64,000 nt of DNA, from positions 96,001 to 160,000 of the forward strand of contig JAFWDK010000015.1 of NCBI GenBank assembly GCA_017513085.1, in the 5' to 3' direction. The position numbers and the translations under genes were made by a program. This DNA comes from Clostridiales bacterium (GTDB taxonomy: Bacteria; Bacillota; Clostridia; Saccharofermentanales; Saccharofermentanaceae). Each line of letters opens with the position of its first letter. Positions within the stretch are counted from its first letter, which is position 1. The notes below the pieces were generated by a model. It was not told where the DNA came from. It ran no database searches and saw nothing but the letters and a program-made list of their open reading frames with translations. Of this stretch, positions 50,338 through 61,267 are shown piece after piece.

Positions 50338-50806
50338 ACACCTCCTTCAGTTCCGAGCGAAGCAAATCTCTCGCCCGTTTCAGACGTGTCTTAATCGTTG
50401 CCTCCGATTCACCCAGGATCTCCGCGATCTCGGCAAGTTTCAGTTCCTGATAATAATGAAGAAGAATGACCTCTTTGTACTTCGGCGGAAGATCTGCGAT
50501 CTTCCCGGATATCACATAGCGTTCCTCAGAAGAGAGACCCGGCTCCGGCGCAGTCGTTTCCGGAAGCTCTTCATCGGCCCGGTGTCTCATCCATGGATCC
50601 GTCAGCATGTCCTTACAGACATTGATCGCGATGCGTGTGATCCATGTTTTGACCGATGCTTTCCCTTGAAAATCACTTTGGTGCCGGAATGCCCGCAGAA
50701 ATGTTTCCTGAACCGCATCCTCTGCCATCGCATGATCCTTGAGATACAAGAGACACATGCGAAGCAGCCCATCACCATATTCATTTACGATTCGTTCCAG
50801 ATCCAA
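50324..50806 (-). CDS. ECF RNA polymerase sigma factor
   Basis: AEDAVQETF, TWITRIAIN, EIAEILG...TIKTRLKRAR; TTG start behind GGGAGG. Confidence 0.93.
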   Translation of the reverse strand: MDLERIVNEYGDGLLRMCLLYLKDHAMAEDAVQETFLRAFRHQSDFQGKASVKTWITRIAINVCKDMLTDPWMRHRADEELPETTAPEPGLSSEERYVISGKIADLPPKYKEVILLHYYQELKLAEIAEILGESEATIKTRLKRARDLLRSELKEVFDDE

Positions 50807-50856
50807 CCGGCCGTCCTCCCGAAGAACAAGATTATCGTTCCTCTTCTATTCTATAC

Positions 50857-50887
50857 ATTAGACGGTCAAAAGAGAAAAAAGGTGACA
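50857..50887 (-). promoter_or_regulatory. Putative autoregulatory ECF promoter
   Basis: TGTCACC-16-CGTCTAAT upstream of the sigma gene, resembling Bacillota ECF -35/-10 (CGTC) elements. Confidence 0.6.
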
Positions 50888-50991
50888 ATTCTCTATATCA
50901 CAGGCATGATGAAAATATATCCACGAAATGGGCAACTTGGCGAGCAAAAGATAAAGGACTGGAAACGTCCTATTTCCGTCCTTTTCCACCA

Positions 50992-51669
50992 TCACGCCGG
51001 CGTTATCTTATAGCCTCTTCCGTATACTGACTTGATCTTTTTTCCTGAAGAGCCCAGTAGTTTTCTGAGGTTTTTGACGTGATTATCAACTACTCTGTCT
51101 GTACAGAAAGAATCCATTCCCCAGACAAGATCCATAAGCTGATCTCTGGTAAGAACCGTATCGGCATTCTGCATCAGCTGCAGTAGTATTCCATATTCCT
51201 TGGGCGGGAGTTCTACTTCAATGCCGTCTGACGTCACGCGAAGTGTTCTTCTGTCCAATGTAATATCACCACAAGTCAGGATTCTGTCCTTATCCTCTTT
51301 GCGGGCGCGCTTTAAAAGGTTCTTGATCTTGGCACAAAGCTCCTCAACGAGAAAAGGCTTGCATATATAATCATCACAACCCAATTCGTATCCGTATAGC
51401 CTGTCCGAAAGACTTACGCGGGCCGTCAGGAAGATAACGGGGATATCGCTCGTCTTTCTGATCTCGCGCATCAGGGCAAATCCGTCAAGACCGGGTAACA
51501 TAATGTCGAGAAGCAGAAGATCATATTGCGTATTCCTTACCGCATTCAAGCCTTCGATCCCGTCAGATGCGGTATCGAGCGTAAAAACATCGCTCATCGT
51601 TCCTGTGATGTAATCGGATATACCCTCACGGATGTTCGCATCGTCTTCGACCAGTAATACCCTCTGCAT
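50992..51669 (-). CDS. OmpR-family response regulator
   Basis: LLVEDD, LLDIMLP, FLTAR, DDYICKPF, wHTH ending GRGYK. Confidence 0.95.
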   Translation of the reverse strand: MQRVLLVEDDANIREGISDYITGTMSDVFTLDTASDGIEGLNAVRNTQYDLLLLDIMLPGLDGFALMREIRKTSDIPVIFLTARVSLSDRLYGYELGCDDYICKPFLVEELCAKIKNLLKRARKEDKDRILTCGDITLDRRTLRVTSDGIEVELPPKEYGILLQLMQNADTVLTRDQLMDLVWGMDSFCTDRVVDNHVKNLRKLLGSSGKKIKSVYGRGYKITPA

Positions 51670-51766
51670 AACCCCTTTTCCTTCCCGGTCCCGAACCGTC
51701 GATCCTTTACATATGATCCTTGAAAAGCACCTACTACCAGATTATATCAAAATATTGCAACCGGTA

Positions 51767-53221
51767 TCATAATCTCTTCCGCGGGATCAATACCGTAATA
51801 GTGAACATCTTTGTCTTCTCATCGTAATCGGCTTTGCAAATCCACTTATGGATTTCGAAAACGCCTTTTGCAATTGACATTCCAAGTCCACTGCTGCGGG
51901 AGTTGCTCCTGGCATTGTCGCCTTTGACGAACGGCTCCCAGATCTTCTCCAGATGCTCTTTATCGACAGGGTCAGATGTATTCGAAATCGTAAGCTTGGC
52001 ATTTCTGCCTTCTCTTGATGCCAGTATATCGATCTTTCCACCATCCTTACAGTAATCTACAGCATTCGAGATTATATTCCCCAAAGCGGCCTGCATCTGT
52101 CTCTGATCCAAGCGTACCACCATCTTTCCCTTTATTGTTGTCTCGATGTTTCTGGCCTTAAGGATATTTTCGTAGGATGTAATCTTATCCGAAGCGATCT
52201 TGACGATGTCATATTCTCCGAGTTTCAGATCGATCTGCTCATTTTCGAGGGCAAGCAGATGAAGATTGTTCATTATCATGTCATTCAGCTTCCCGGTTCC
52301 TTTTATGATTTCTTCCGCGTAATAATCCTTCTTCTCCGAATGAACATTTGCCTTAAGATTCTCAGCATAAGAGGAGATCACCATGAGAGGTGACTTCAGG
52401 TCATGGATCATGGCTGACATCATATGCCTTCTGTAGGCATTGCCTTCATACTTTGAGCTCTTGATGAAAAGATGCCTGCCTGCAAGTGCTGCAAGTGCAA
52501 GGGAGAATACATAGAAAAGGATAAACTTTTCTGCATAATCCTTCCAGACGACCCAGTAGACATTGTTCACTCTGATATAGTAATCCCAGACCATATGGTC
52601 ATTATTCTCATTTTCTAATATCGCACGGTAAGAGAATGCTATATAGTTACTTGGACCATAATAGAAACAACATGTCTCAAAATCAGAATCCCACCTAGAT
52701 TTCATGTATCTGAAATGATTCTCGGTAAAGGAAGTACCGGGTTCATCATATCCGATATGATGAGACTCAGACTCCAAAATGCCAACTACACCAACTTCAT
52801 CTTCTGCAAGATTGCATTTTTCGAAATTCCCGATAGAATCGCTCTCGATCTCGACATGGCTATATACCATGCAAGGATACTCTTTTTCTACCTTATAAGA
52901 GATAATATCACTTAATCTGCTTTCGAATTCTGTGCGATCCAGTACGATCGTATACTTTTCAGCAGTTACTTCACCGTTTTCTGAGCGATGCGTTTTGATC
53001 ACATTAATTTCTTCGTTGATTTTTTTGAAACAGGAAGTTTCAAAATCTCTCTGCTCATCGCGTAACCTGCGTTCATATACAATACTCAGCTTATTTTCGA
53101 AAACCAGAACAAGATAGCTTAATGCAAGAAATGTGATTATTGCACACAGGACAACTGCAACACCCATGCAGCCCAAAAAGTAAGGCCGTGAACCCGCATA
53201 CTTTCTCAGTGGTTTCTTCAT
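51767..53221 (-). CDS. Sensor histidine kinase
   Basis: Two TM segments, H-box HDLKSPL, N-box NIISNA, GLGMSI. Confidence 0.9.
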   Translation of the reverse strand: MKKPLRKYAGSRPYFLGCMGVAVVLCAIITFLALSYLVLVFENKLSIVYERRLRDEQRDFETSCFKKINEEINVIKTHRSENGEVTAEKYTIVLDRTEFESRLSDIISYKVEKEYPCMVYSHVEIESDSIGNFEKCNLAEDEVGVVGILESESHHIGYDEPGTSFTENHFRYMKSRWDSDFETCCFYYGPSNYIAFSYRAILENENNDHMVWDYYIRVNNVYWVVWKDYAEKFILFYVFSLALAALAGRHLFIKSSKYEGNAYRRHMMSAMIHDLKSPLMVISSYAENLKANVHSEKKDYYAEEIIKGTGKLNDMIMNNLHLLALENEQIDLKLGEYDIVKIASDKITSYENILKARNIETTIKGKMVVRLDQRQMQAALGNIISNAVDYCKDGGKIDILASREGRNAKLTISNTSDPVDKEHLEKIWEPFVKGDNARSNSRSSGLGMSIAKGVFEIHKWICKADYDEKTKMFTITVLIPRKRL

Positions 53222-53334
53222 GAATCCGCCCTCCTTAAGCTTTATGAGTCTATCATACCTGCAAATTGTATCGAAAATATATTGTCCGAGTTCAGTTTAA
53301 AGTAATGTGGTAATTCTTGTCGATTATCTTGCGA

Positions 53335-54027
53335 TCAGATCAACTCAGAAAGAGAATGAATCTTTCTGTATGGCGTATCTACATCGGATGCCGGATTTGC
53401 AGCAATCAGTATAGGTGTAATACCGATCTCAGCCGCCCCATCCAAATTACAAGGGCTGTCATCAATAAAAACCGTTTCTTTTGCATCGTGTCCACATTTC
53501 TGCAGTGCATCCAGATACATCCGCCTATCAGGTTTAAACACCCCCAAAGAGAAGCTATATGTGGCAAAGGAAAAGAATTGCAAAACATCCAAAGCACGCA
53601 GCTGGTTCTCAATACTCGGCCATGTGTCTGAGATAATTCCAAGACGATGTGTTTTGCTGAGCGTTTGAATAACCTCATTCGCATCCGGATAAATGATGTA
53701 GTTATCCATATTGTATGTCCGATCTCTGGCTATTGTAGTGAGCTCATTATCAGTCAGTTCCAGTTCCAGGCTTTCAGATACAATGCGGTAGTACTGATAA
53801 AACTGTTCGGCTTCCTCCTCTTGCGTACGGATCAAATGATCCCTATCCAGAAAACCCGCTCCTGCTTCTCTTGCTTTTCTGATCTTTGTCTCTGAACATT
53901 GCTTCAGACGTTCTCCGGCTAGTTCATAAAACCGGTTCGTAAACATCCAATCTCCGGAAGCCGGATAATCTATCGTATATCCGACGTCAAAAAATATAAC
54001 ATGTTTATCTGAGAGAAAATCGTTCAT
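53335..54027 (-). CDS. HAD-IA hydrolase
   Basis: FFDVGYT, IISD, FKPD, FIDDS..NLDGA. Confidence 0.88.
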   Translation of the reverse strand: MNDFLSDKHVIFFDVGYTIDYPASGDWMFTNRFYELAGERLKQCSETKIRKAREAGAGFLDRDHLIRTQEEEAEQFYQYYRIVSESLELELTDNELTTIARDRTYNMDNYIIYPDANEVIQTLSKTHRLGIISDTWPSIENQLRALDVLQFFSFATYSFSLGVFKPDRRMYLDALQKCGHDAKETVFIDDSPCNLDGAAEIGITPILIAANPASDVDTPYRKIHSLSELI

Positions 54028-54054
54028 AACTGTAGACCTCCTTCATAGTCCAAT

Positions 54055-54390
54055 CTATACGACTCTTTTCCCTCCAAATGCATGAATGGAACGTGTCCCG
54101 GCCTTTACTCGTCCGCCTTGAAGACTTCCTTTAGGAATAAACAATTCATCACCTGCATGAAGAATATGCTCTTCCCCGTTTATCGTGACGATATACTCTC
54201 CTTCAACACAAATCATATACTCATCGTAATCATGCATATGCTCTTTAGATATCCGATCTGCTTTATAGATCCAGAATGCCATCTGACTTCCATCATTAGC
54301 AGTATAGTAATACCCTTCAATATCAGGAGTATTTTGCTGCGAAGCAGGTATCCTATTTTTCTCTCTAAACATAAACTCCGGGAAACTCAT
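54055..54390 (-). CDS. Cupin domain protein
   Basis: EHMHDYDEY and GDELFIPKG. Confidence 0.85.
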   Translation of the reverse strand: MSFPEFMFREKNRIPASQQNTPDIEGYYYTANDGSQMAFWIYKADRISKEHMHDYDEYMICVEGEYIVTINGEEHILHAGDELFIPKGSLQGGRVKAGTRSIHAFGGKRVV

Positions 54391-54415
54391 ATTTCTATCT
54401 TCCTTCGATCTCTAT

Positions 54416-54745
54416 TTACTCGTTAATCTGTTCTAACAGAACAGGAATATCATCTATCAGAGTATCAAATAATACTCTCAAATCTACACTTCCATAATCA
54501 TGGACGATTCTATTTCTTAACCCAAATATTGCCTGCCACGGAACATTATCTTTCCGCCTTCTATAATCTTCTGAAAGTTTCTTCGCATTCTCGGATATCT
54601 GTATCATCCGGAAAAGCATCGAATCTTGAAGTACTTCGTTTTCTTTAAGACTCTGGATATCAACCTTCTCCATATGCTTCACGATGAACAGAAGATCTGC
54701 TTTTATTTTTACAATATAGTACTGATCATTCTTCTCGTTGTGCAT
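54416..54745 (-). CDS. HepT-like HEPN ribonuclease toxin (DUF86)
   Basis: PW.AI.GLRNRIVHDY (Rx4H motif). Confidence 0.88.
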   Translation of the reverse strand: MHNEKNDQYYIVKIKADLLFIVKHMEKVDIQSLKENEVLQDSMLFRMIQISENAKKLSEDYRRRKDNVPWQAIFGLRNRIVHDYGSVDLRVLFDTLIDDIPVLLEQINE

Positions 54746-55211
54746 AGATTCGAATACCATCCTTCAGTATTTCATCTGTTAATTCAAGATTGTTTTTCAG
54801 CTGGTCTAAATCCAGGACATCCACACGTTTATGCAAAGTCTCTCTGAGTTTTTCGACCATTTCGAAAAACTTCAGACCCTTAACATCAGACGATATCAAA
54901 AGATCTACATCACTGGATTCACCTGCATTTCCCTTGGCATAGGATCCGAATAAAATACAATAATGCACTGGATATTCATCAAATACCTGCTTGCATTTTT
55001 GTGTAATAGAATCTATCGATAAGATTCCATGATCTTCATCCAGACGGTTGAGTTCTTTCAGTTTGTCCAGAATGTATTTATACTTGAGGGTGCCCGCTTT
55101 ACTTTCATCGTTCTCATAAGACTTAAAAGAGCGTATCGAAATACCGATCAGTTCGGCTGCCTGCTGCTGAGTTAGATTCTGCTCTTTTCTTATTTCTTTA
55201 ATAGCGCTCAT
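54726..55211 (-). CDS. XRE-HTH + minimal nucleotidyltransferase (MntA-like antitoxin)
   Basis: N-terminal LTQQQAAELIGIS..YE; LFGSYAKG...SDVDL...VDV. Confidence 0.88.
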   Translation of the reverse strand: MSAIKEIRKEQNLTQQQAAELIGISIRSFKSYENDESKAGTLKYKYILDKLKELNRLDEDHGILSIDSITQKCKQVFDEYPVHYCILFGSYAKGNAGESSDVDLLISSDVKGLKFFEMVEKLRETLHKRVDVLDLDQLKNNLELTDEILKDGIRIYAQREE

Positions 55212-55233
55212 ATTGCACCTCCGCTAACTATAT

Positions 55234-55282
55234 AGTGCAACATTTGCACTTTCCTGTCAACTATAAGTGCATTCTTTGCACT
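55234..55282 (-). promoter_or_regulatory. TA promoter with two AGTGCA-N5-TGCACT operators
   Basis: Palindromes at 55234-55250 and 55266-55282 flank TTGACA (55255-55260). Confidence 0.75.
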
Positions 55283-55310
55283 TATGTAGAGGTGTTTGCA
55301 CTAACGAGGA

Positions 55311-55350
55311 AAAAAGAAAATCCTGAGTACTCATCTCTGAGTATCCAGGA
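55311..55350 (-). terminator. Intrinsic terminator after tRNA-Ser
   Basis: TCCTGGATACTCA-GAGA-TGAGTACTCAGGA stem followed by TTTTCTTTTTT. Confidence 0.8.
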
Positions 55351-55358
55351 TCTTATAC

Positions 55359-55446
55359 TGGCGGAGCCGGTGGGATTCGAACCCACGTGCCTTTTGGGCA
55401 AACGGTTTTCAAGACCGCCTCGTTATGACCGCTTCGATACAGCTCC
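55359..55446 (-). tRNA. tRNA-Ser(TGA)
   Basis: GGAGCTG acceptor stem, anticodon loop CTTGAAA, long variable arm, GGTTCGAATCC T-loop, encoded CCA. Confidence 0.96.
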
Positions 55447-55464
55447 ATCACTTGTAACTTGCTA

Positions 55465-55493
55465 ATTTTACTAACTTTCACGTTTCTTGTCAA
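55465..55493 (-). promoter_or_regulatory. tRNA sigma70 promoter
   Basis: TTGACA-17-TAAAAT. Confidence 0.8.
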
Positions 55494-55513
55494 TAAATCT
55501 ACATTTCATCCAA

Positions 55514-55550
55514 AAACACCTGAAAACTACAAATAGTAGTTTTCAGGTGT
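55514..55550. terminator. Terminator hairpin after parB
   Basis: AACACCTGAAAACTAC...GTAGTTTTCAGGTGTT inverted repeat. Confidence 0.78.
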
Positions 55551-55581
55551 TCCTATTTCACTCATATATTTGCTTAACTTC

Positions 55582-56454
55582 TCAACTTCCCATCATTTCA
55601 AGTAGACGATCAAGATCATCATAAGAATAGTATTCGATTACAATCGAGCCTTTTCCCTTCTCCTCATCTTTGACTTTAAGCTTAACCTTGGTCCCGTAAA
55701 AAGAAGTAAGCTTATGTTCCACATCTTTTGTACTGAGGGCTACAGCAGAGTTTGAAGATACAGGTTTCTTTTTGACTGTAGGTTTAGGATCCAAGAGTTT
55801 TTTAACGTATTCTTCCGTTTGGCGGACACTTAACTCTTTTATAATCACTACATCTGCTGCTTTTTTCTGTTCTTCCTTGTCAGTAATCGCCAACAAAGCT
55901 CTTGCATGACCGGCAGATAAATCACCATTTCGAATGAAGTCCTGAAGTGATTCATCGATGTTCATCAATCTAAGTGTATTCGCAATCGCAGGACGACTTT
56001 TTCCTAGTTTTTTTGCAAGTTTTTCTTGTGTGAGTCCATGCTCTTTCATAAGATTATCCATTGCAAAAGCTTCTTCAAGAGGATTGAGATCCTGTCTTTG
56101 AATATTCTCGATCAACGCCTGTTCCATAGTCTGCTGATCAGTCAGATCCCTTACAATAGCAGGTATTACTTTTAAGCCGGCAAGCCTGGAAGCTCTCCAA
56201 CGTCTCTCACCTGCAACGATTCGGTATCCAGTACCTCTCTTGGCAACAATAATCGGCTGAATTACCCCATTTTCTTTAATTGAATCAGCAAGCTCTGCTA
56301 ATGCAGTATCATCAAATCTCTTACGAGGCTGATCACTATTAGGAGATATATCGTTAATCTTTAATTCAACAACAGAATCTTTATTTGTTTCCGGAATTCC
56401 ATCAACCGATAATAATGCGCCTAACCCTTTACCTAATCCCTTATTTGCAGCCAT
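55582..56454 (-). CDS. parB: Chromosome partitioning protein ParB/Spo0J
   Basis: KGLGKGLGALL, QPRKRFD, AGERRWRA, ENIQRQDLNPLEEA, HTH. Confidence 0.97.
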   Translation of the reverse strand: MAANKGLGKGLGALLSVDGIPETNKDSVVELKINDISPNSDQPRKRFDDTALAELADSIKENGVIQPIIVAKRGTGYRIVAGERRWRASRLAGLKVIPAIVRDLTDQQTMEQALIENIQRQDLNPLEEAFAMDNLMKEHGLTQEKLAKKLGKSRPAIANTLRLMNIDESLQDFIRNGDLSAGHARALLAITDKEEQKKAADVVIIKELSVRQTEEYVKKLLDPKPTVKKKPVSSNSAVALSTKDVEHKLTSFYGTKVKLKVKDEEKGKGSIVIEYYSYDDLDRLLEMMGS

Positions 56455-56477
56455 ATTCTCACCTCATATATTGATGC

Positions 56478-57248
56478 TTATCTATCTTTTGTTCTCTTAA
56501 TTACTTCCTGAGCTAATTCCTGATATGCAATTGCTCCTTTTGACTTTGGATCGTAATCTCCGATTGTTTTTCCATGACTTGGCGCTTCAGCAAGACGTAC
56601 ATTTCTAGGAATGTGCGTTTTAAATACCTTGTCACCGAAATACTTCTCTACTTCTTCCACAACTTGCTTTGTGAGTTGCGTTCTGCTATCAAACATGGTT
56701 ATAACTACACCAAGTATTCCAACTACAGGATTGAGTTTCTTTTTAATCATATTAATAGTATCAATCAACTGTGTCAGGCCTTCCAAAGCATAATATTCGC
56801 CCTGAATCGGTACAATTACACCTTCACATGCAGATAATGCGTTAATTGTAAGCAATCCTAAAGACGGCGGGCAATCGATAATAATATAATCGTATTCATC
56901 TATGACTGGCTCAATTGCTCTTTTCAAGATCGTCTCACGACTAATTGCAGACACTAATTCAACTTCTGCTCCGGCCAGATTGATATTTGTCGGGCACATA
57001 TCCACGTTTTTCACGTTTGTGTGCTGAATAACATTCTCAATGTCTTCTTCGTTTACAAGAAGATCATATACTGTGTTTTCAAGTTCCATCTTATCAAAAC
57101 CATATCCACTGGTCGCATTTCCTTGTGGATCAAGGTCAAAAATCAGCACTTTTTTGCGTTTGGCGGCCAAAAAAGAGCCTAAATTGACAGCTGTGGTCGT
57201 TTTTCCAACTCCGCCTTTTTGATTTACAATTGAAATTACGTATCCCAT
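56478..57248 (-). CDS. parA: Chromosome partitioning ATPase ParA/Soj
   Basis: NQKGGVGKTT, DLDPQGN, IDCPPSLG, RLAEAPSHG. Confidence 0.97.
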   Translation of the reverse strand: MGYVISIVNQKGGVGKTTTAVNLGSFLAAKRKKVLIFDLDPQGNATSGYGFDKMELENTVYDLLVNEEDIENVIQHTNVKNVDMCPTNINLAGAEVELVSAISRETILKRAIEPVIDEYDYIIIDCPPSLGLLTINALSACEGVIVPIQGEYYALEGLTQLIDTINMIKKKLNPVVGILGVVITMFDSRTQLTKQVVEEVEKYFGDKVFKTHIPRNVRLAEAPSHGKTIGDYDPKSKGAIAYQELAQEVIKRTKDR

Positions 57249-57357
57249 ATGTGCTCCTTTTACTATTCTTTCTTATTCTATATTATCAGATTTTGTGTTT
57301 TTATATATGTCATTTACTTTACATATATTCTATTTAGAAACAAATTTGTCTGGTGTA

Positions 57358-57470
57358 TGTTTCACGTGAAACAGTATTTCAGATAATTCTGCATTTTTTA
57401 GCATCTTTGTTTCACGTGAAACAGTAATCTATAACAGAATTTAAAAATGGATAATGTTTCACGTGAAACA
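57358..57470. promoter_or_regulatory. Three consensus parS sites
   Basis: TGTTTCACGTGAAACA at 57358-57373, 57408-57423 and 57455-57470. Confidence 0.95.
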
Positions 57471-57514
57471 TTATCCATTTCATTTAATCTAATATTATTA
57501 AAACGTGATTCTAT

Positions 57515-59614
<2,100 letters not shown>

Positions 59615-59682
59615 TTACATTCCTTCCTTATTTCCGCCATATATCCGGGCATAAACTCTGAAATGGCGAAAAGCACTGATTT

Positions 59683-59943
59683 TTAAGGATCTGTAACAAT
59701 GTTACTCGTCCTTATTCGTTTATTTAGAGTCGAAACCGAAAGGGGAGAGACGTACACACGGTCGCCTGTAATGACAATAGATCTGGGTATCTCTTCCGAA
59801 ACATATTCCAGAATATTATCCTCTTCAGAAATCTTCAGAAAAGAATTCATATCAGAAGATGAAGCCGGAACAGTTTCAAGATTGATCAAGCCAACGATGG
59901 ACTTTGACAGGATCGTATATTCTCCGCCAATGTGAACGTACAT
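59683..59943 (-). CDS. remB: DUF370 / RemB-like protein
   Basis: MYVHIG...VYVSPLS..TL.KR, in the conserved recF-gyrB position. Confidence 0.82.
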   Translation of the reverse strand: MYVHIGGEYTILSKSIVGLINLETVPASSSDMNSFLKISEEDNILEYVSEEIPRSIVITGDRVYVSPLSVSTLNKRIRTSNIVTDP

Positions 59944-60032
59944 GCAAAAGCCTCACAAATCTTACTTATCCTTCAATTTTGACCTTTAATATTATACCAT
60001 AAAAGGGAAAATATAGTAATATTTTCTAACTT

Positions 60033-61229
60033 TTACACCCTTGTCACAGCACCCTTAACTACCTCAAAAAAGGCTATTTTCGAGTTCTCTTGCATGGAGT
60101 CGACAAGTTCTTGTTCAATAAAGGATTTATCGGTGCACGTTATAAAAATCTGAGCATCACCAATCTCCGACAAAAGACATCTCCTTCTTTGGGCGTCTAA
60201 TTCCCCAAAAACGTCGTCGAGCAGAAGAACAGGGGAATCTTTCGTTTCTTCACGTACAACGTCTAATTCGGCCAATTTCATGGATAATGCGGCCGATCTC
60301 TGCTGTCCCTGGGAGGCAAACATGCGAAGACCATCTCCATCCAGAGACATTAAAAGGTCATCTCTCTGAGGTCCGAAATTCGTTATACCATGCTGAAAAT
60401 CATCTTCAACAGAATCATTCCATTTCTGATATAAGTATTCCACAACTTTTTCTTCATTGAAATTTTCAAGCATATCAACAGGAACACATGTCTTATATTT
60501 TACAAAAAGAGTTTCACTGGAATGGGAAATGCTTTCATGGTGTTTTCTGGCAAAAGCATCTATCCTGAGAGAGAATATATACCTATCCCGGATGATCCTG
60601 GCAGCTGCCCGTGCCATCGGTTCACTCCAGATCGATAATTCTTCTTTTAAAGCACTGTCCATCACTTTGCTGTTTTTTATCCTGGCATTCTTGATGATCC
60701 GGTTACGGTTCATAAGAAGTCGGGCAAAAGTGGTAAGCTCATGAAAGTACATCGGCTTGACCTGAGAAAGAAGAACATTCAGATACTTCCGACGTACAGA
60801 AGGTCCTTCTTTTATGAGCATCAAGTCTTCCGGAGCAAATATAACAGCGTTAAAAATACCGAAATATTCGGACATTTTCTCATATGGCACATCATCATGG
60901 AAAACTGTCTTTTTAGCTTTTTTAGAAGGGGAGAGATCCCCGTTTTTATTCGTTCCGTCAGTATATATGACAGAAACAGATTCGTCATATGCATTATAAG
61001 AAGAAGTCAGTTTAAGTTTTACTTTATAGTCGTGTTCACCATGAGTGATCAGTTCCTGATCTTTACTTGTACGATGAGAATGAGTAGAAGTACATAAATA
61101 TATAGCTTCTATAATATTCGTTTTACCTTGGGCATTTGCTCCGAAAAAAACATTAACAGAAGGCTCAACCTCAAGGTCAAGCCTTCTGTAATTTCTGAAG
61201 TTTTCTAATTCAATGGAGCGTATATACAT
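60033..61229 (-). CDS. recF: DNA replication/repair protein RecF
   Basis: NFRNY, GANAQGKTN, FAPEDL, SQGQQRS, LLLDDV..ELD. Confidence 0.97.
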   Translation of the reverse strand: MYIRSIELENFRNYRRLDLEVEPSVNVFFGANAQGKTNIIEAIYLCTSTHSHRTSKDQELITHGEHDYKVKLKLTSSYNAYDESVSVIYTDGTNKNGDLSPSKKAKKTVFHDDVPYEKMSEYFGIFNAVIFAPEDLMLIKEGPSVRRKYLNVLLSQVKPMYFHELTTFARLLMNRNRIIKNARIKNSKVMDSALKEELSIWSEPMARAAARIIRDRYIFSLRIDAFARKHHESISHSSETLFVKYKTCVPVDMLENFNEEKVVEYLYQKWNDSVEDDFQHGITNFGPQRDDLLMSLDGDGLRMFASQGQQRSAALSMKLAELDVVREETKDSPVLLLDDVFGELDAQRRRCLLSEIGDAQIFITCTDKSFIEQELVDSMQENSKIAFFEVVKGAVTRV

Positions 61230-61267
61230 ACCTTCCGCCCTTCAAAAGAGTAATTCTTCGTGAAAGA

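Noticed and set aside
1-55300. Integron or CRISPR array explaining the cassette-like genes
   Set aside because: No tyrosine recombinase, cas gene, attC-like stem or periodic repeat found in spacers read by eye.
55359-55380. Classical att duplication of the tRNA-Ser 3' end
   Set aside because: No second copy of the tRNA 3' sequence seen in the window; only the terminator core is repeated.
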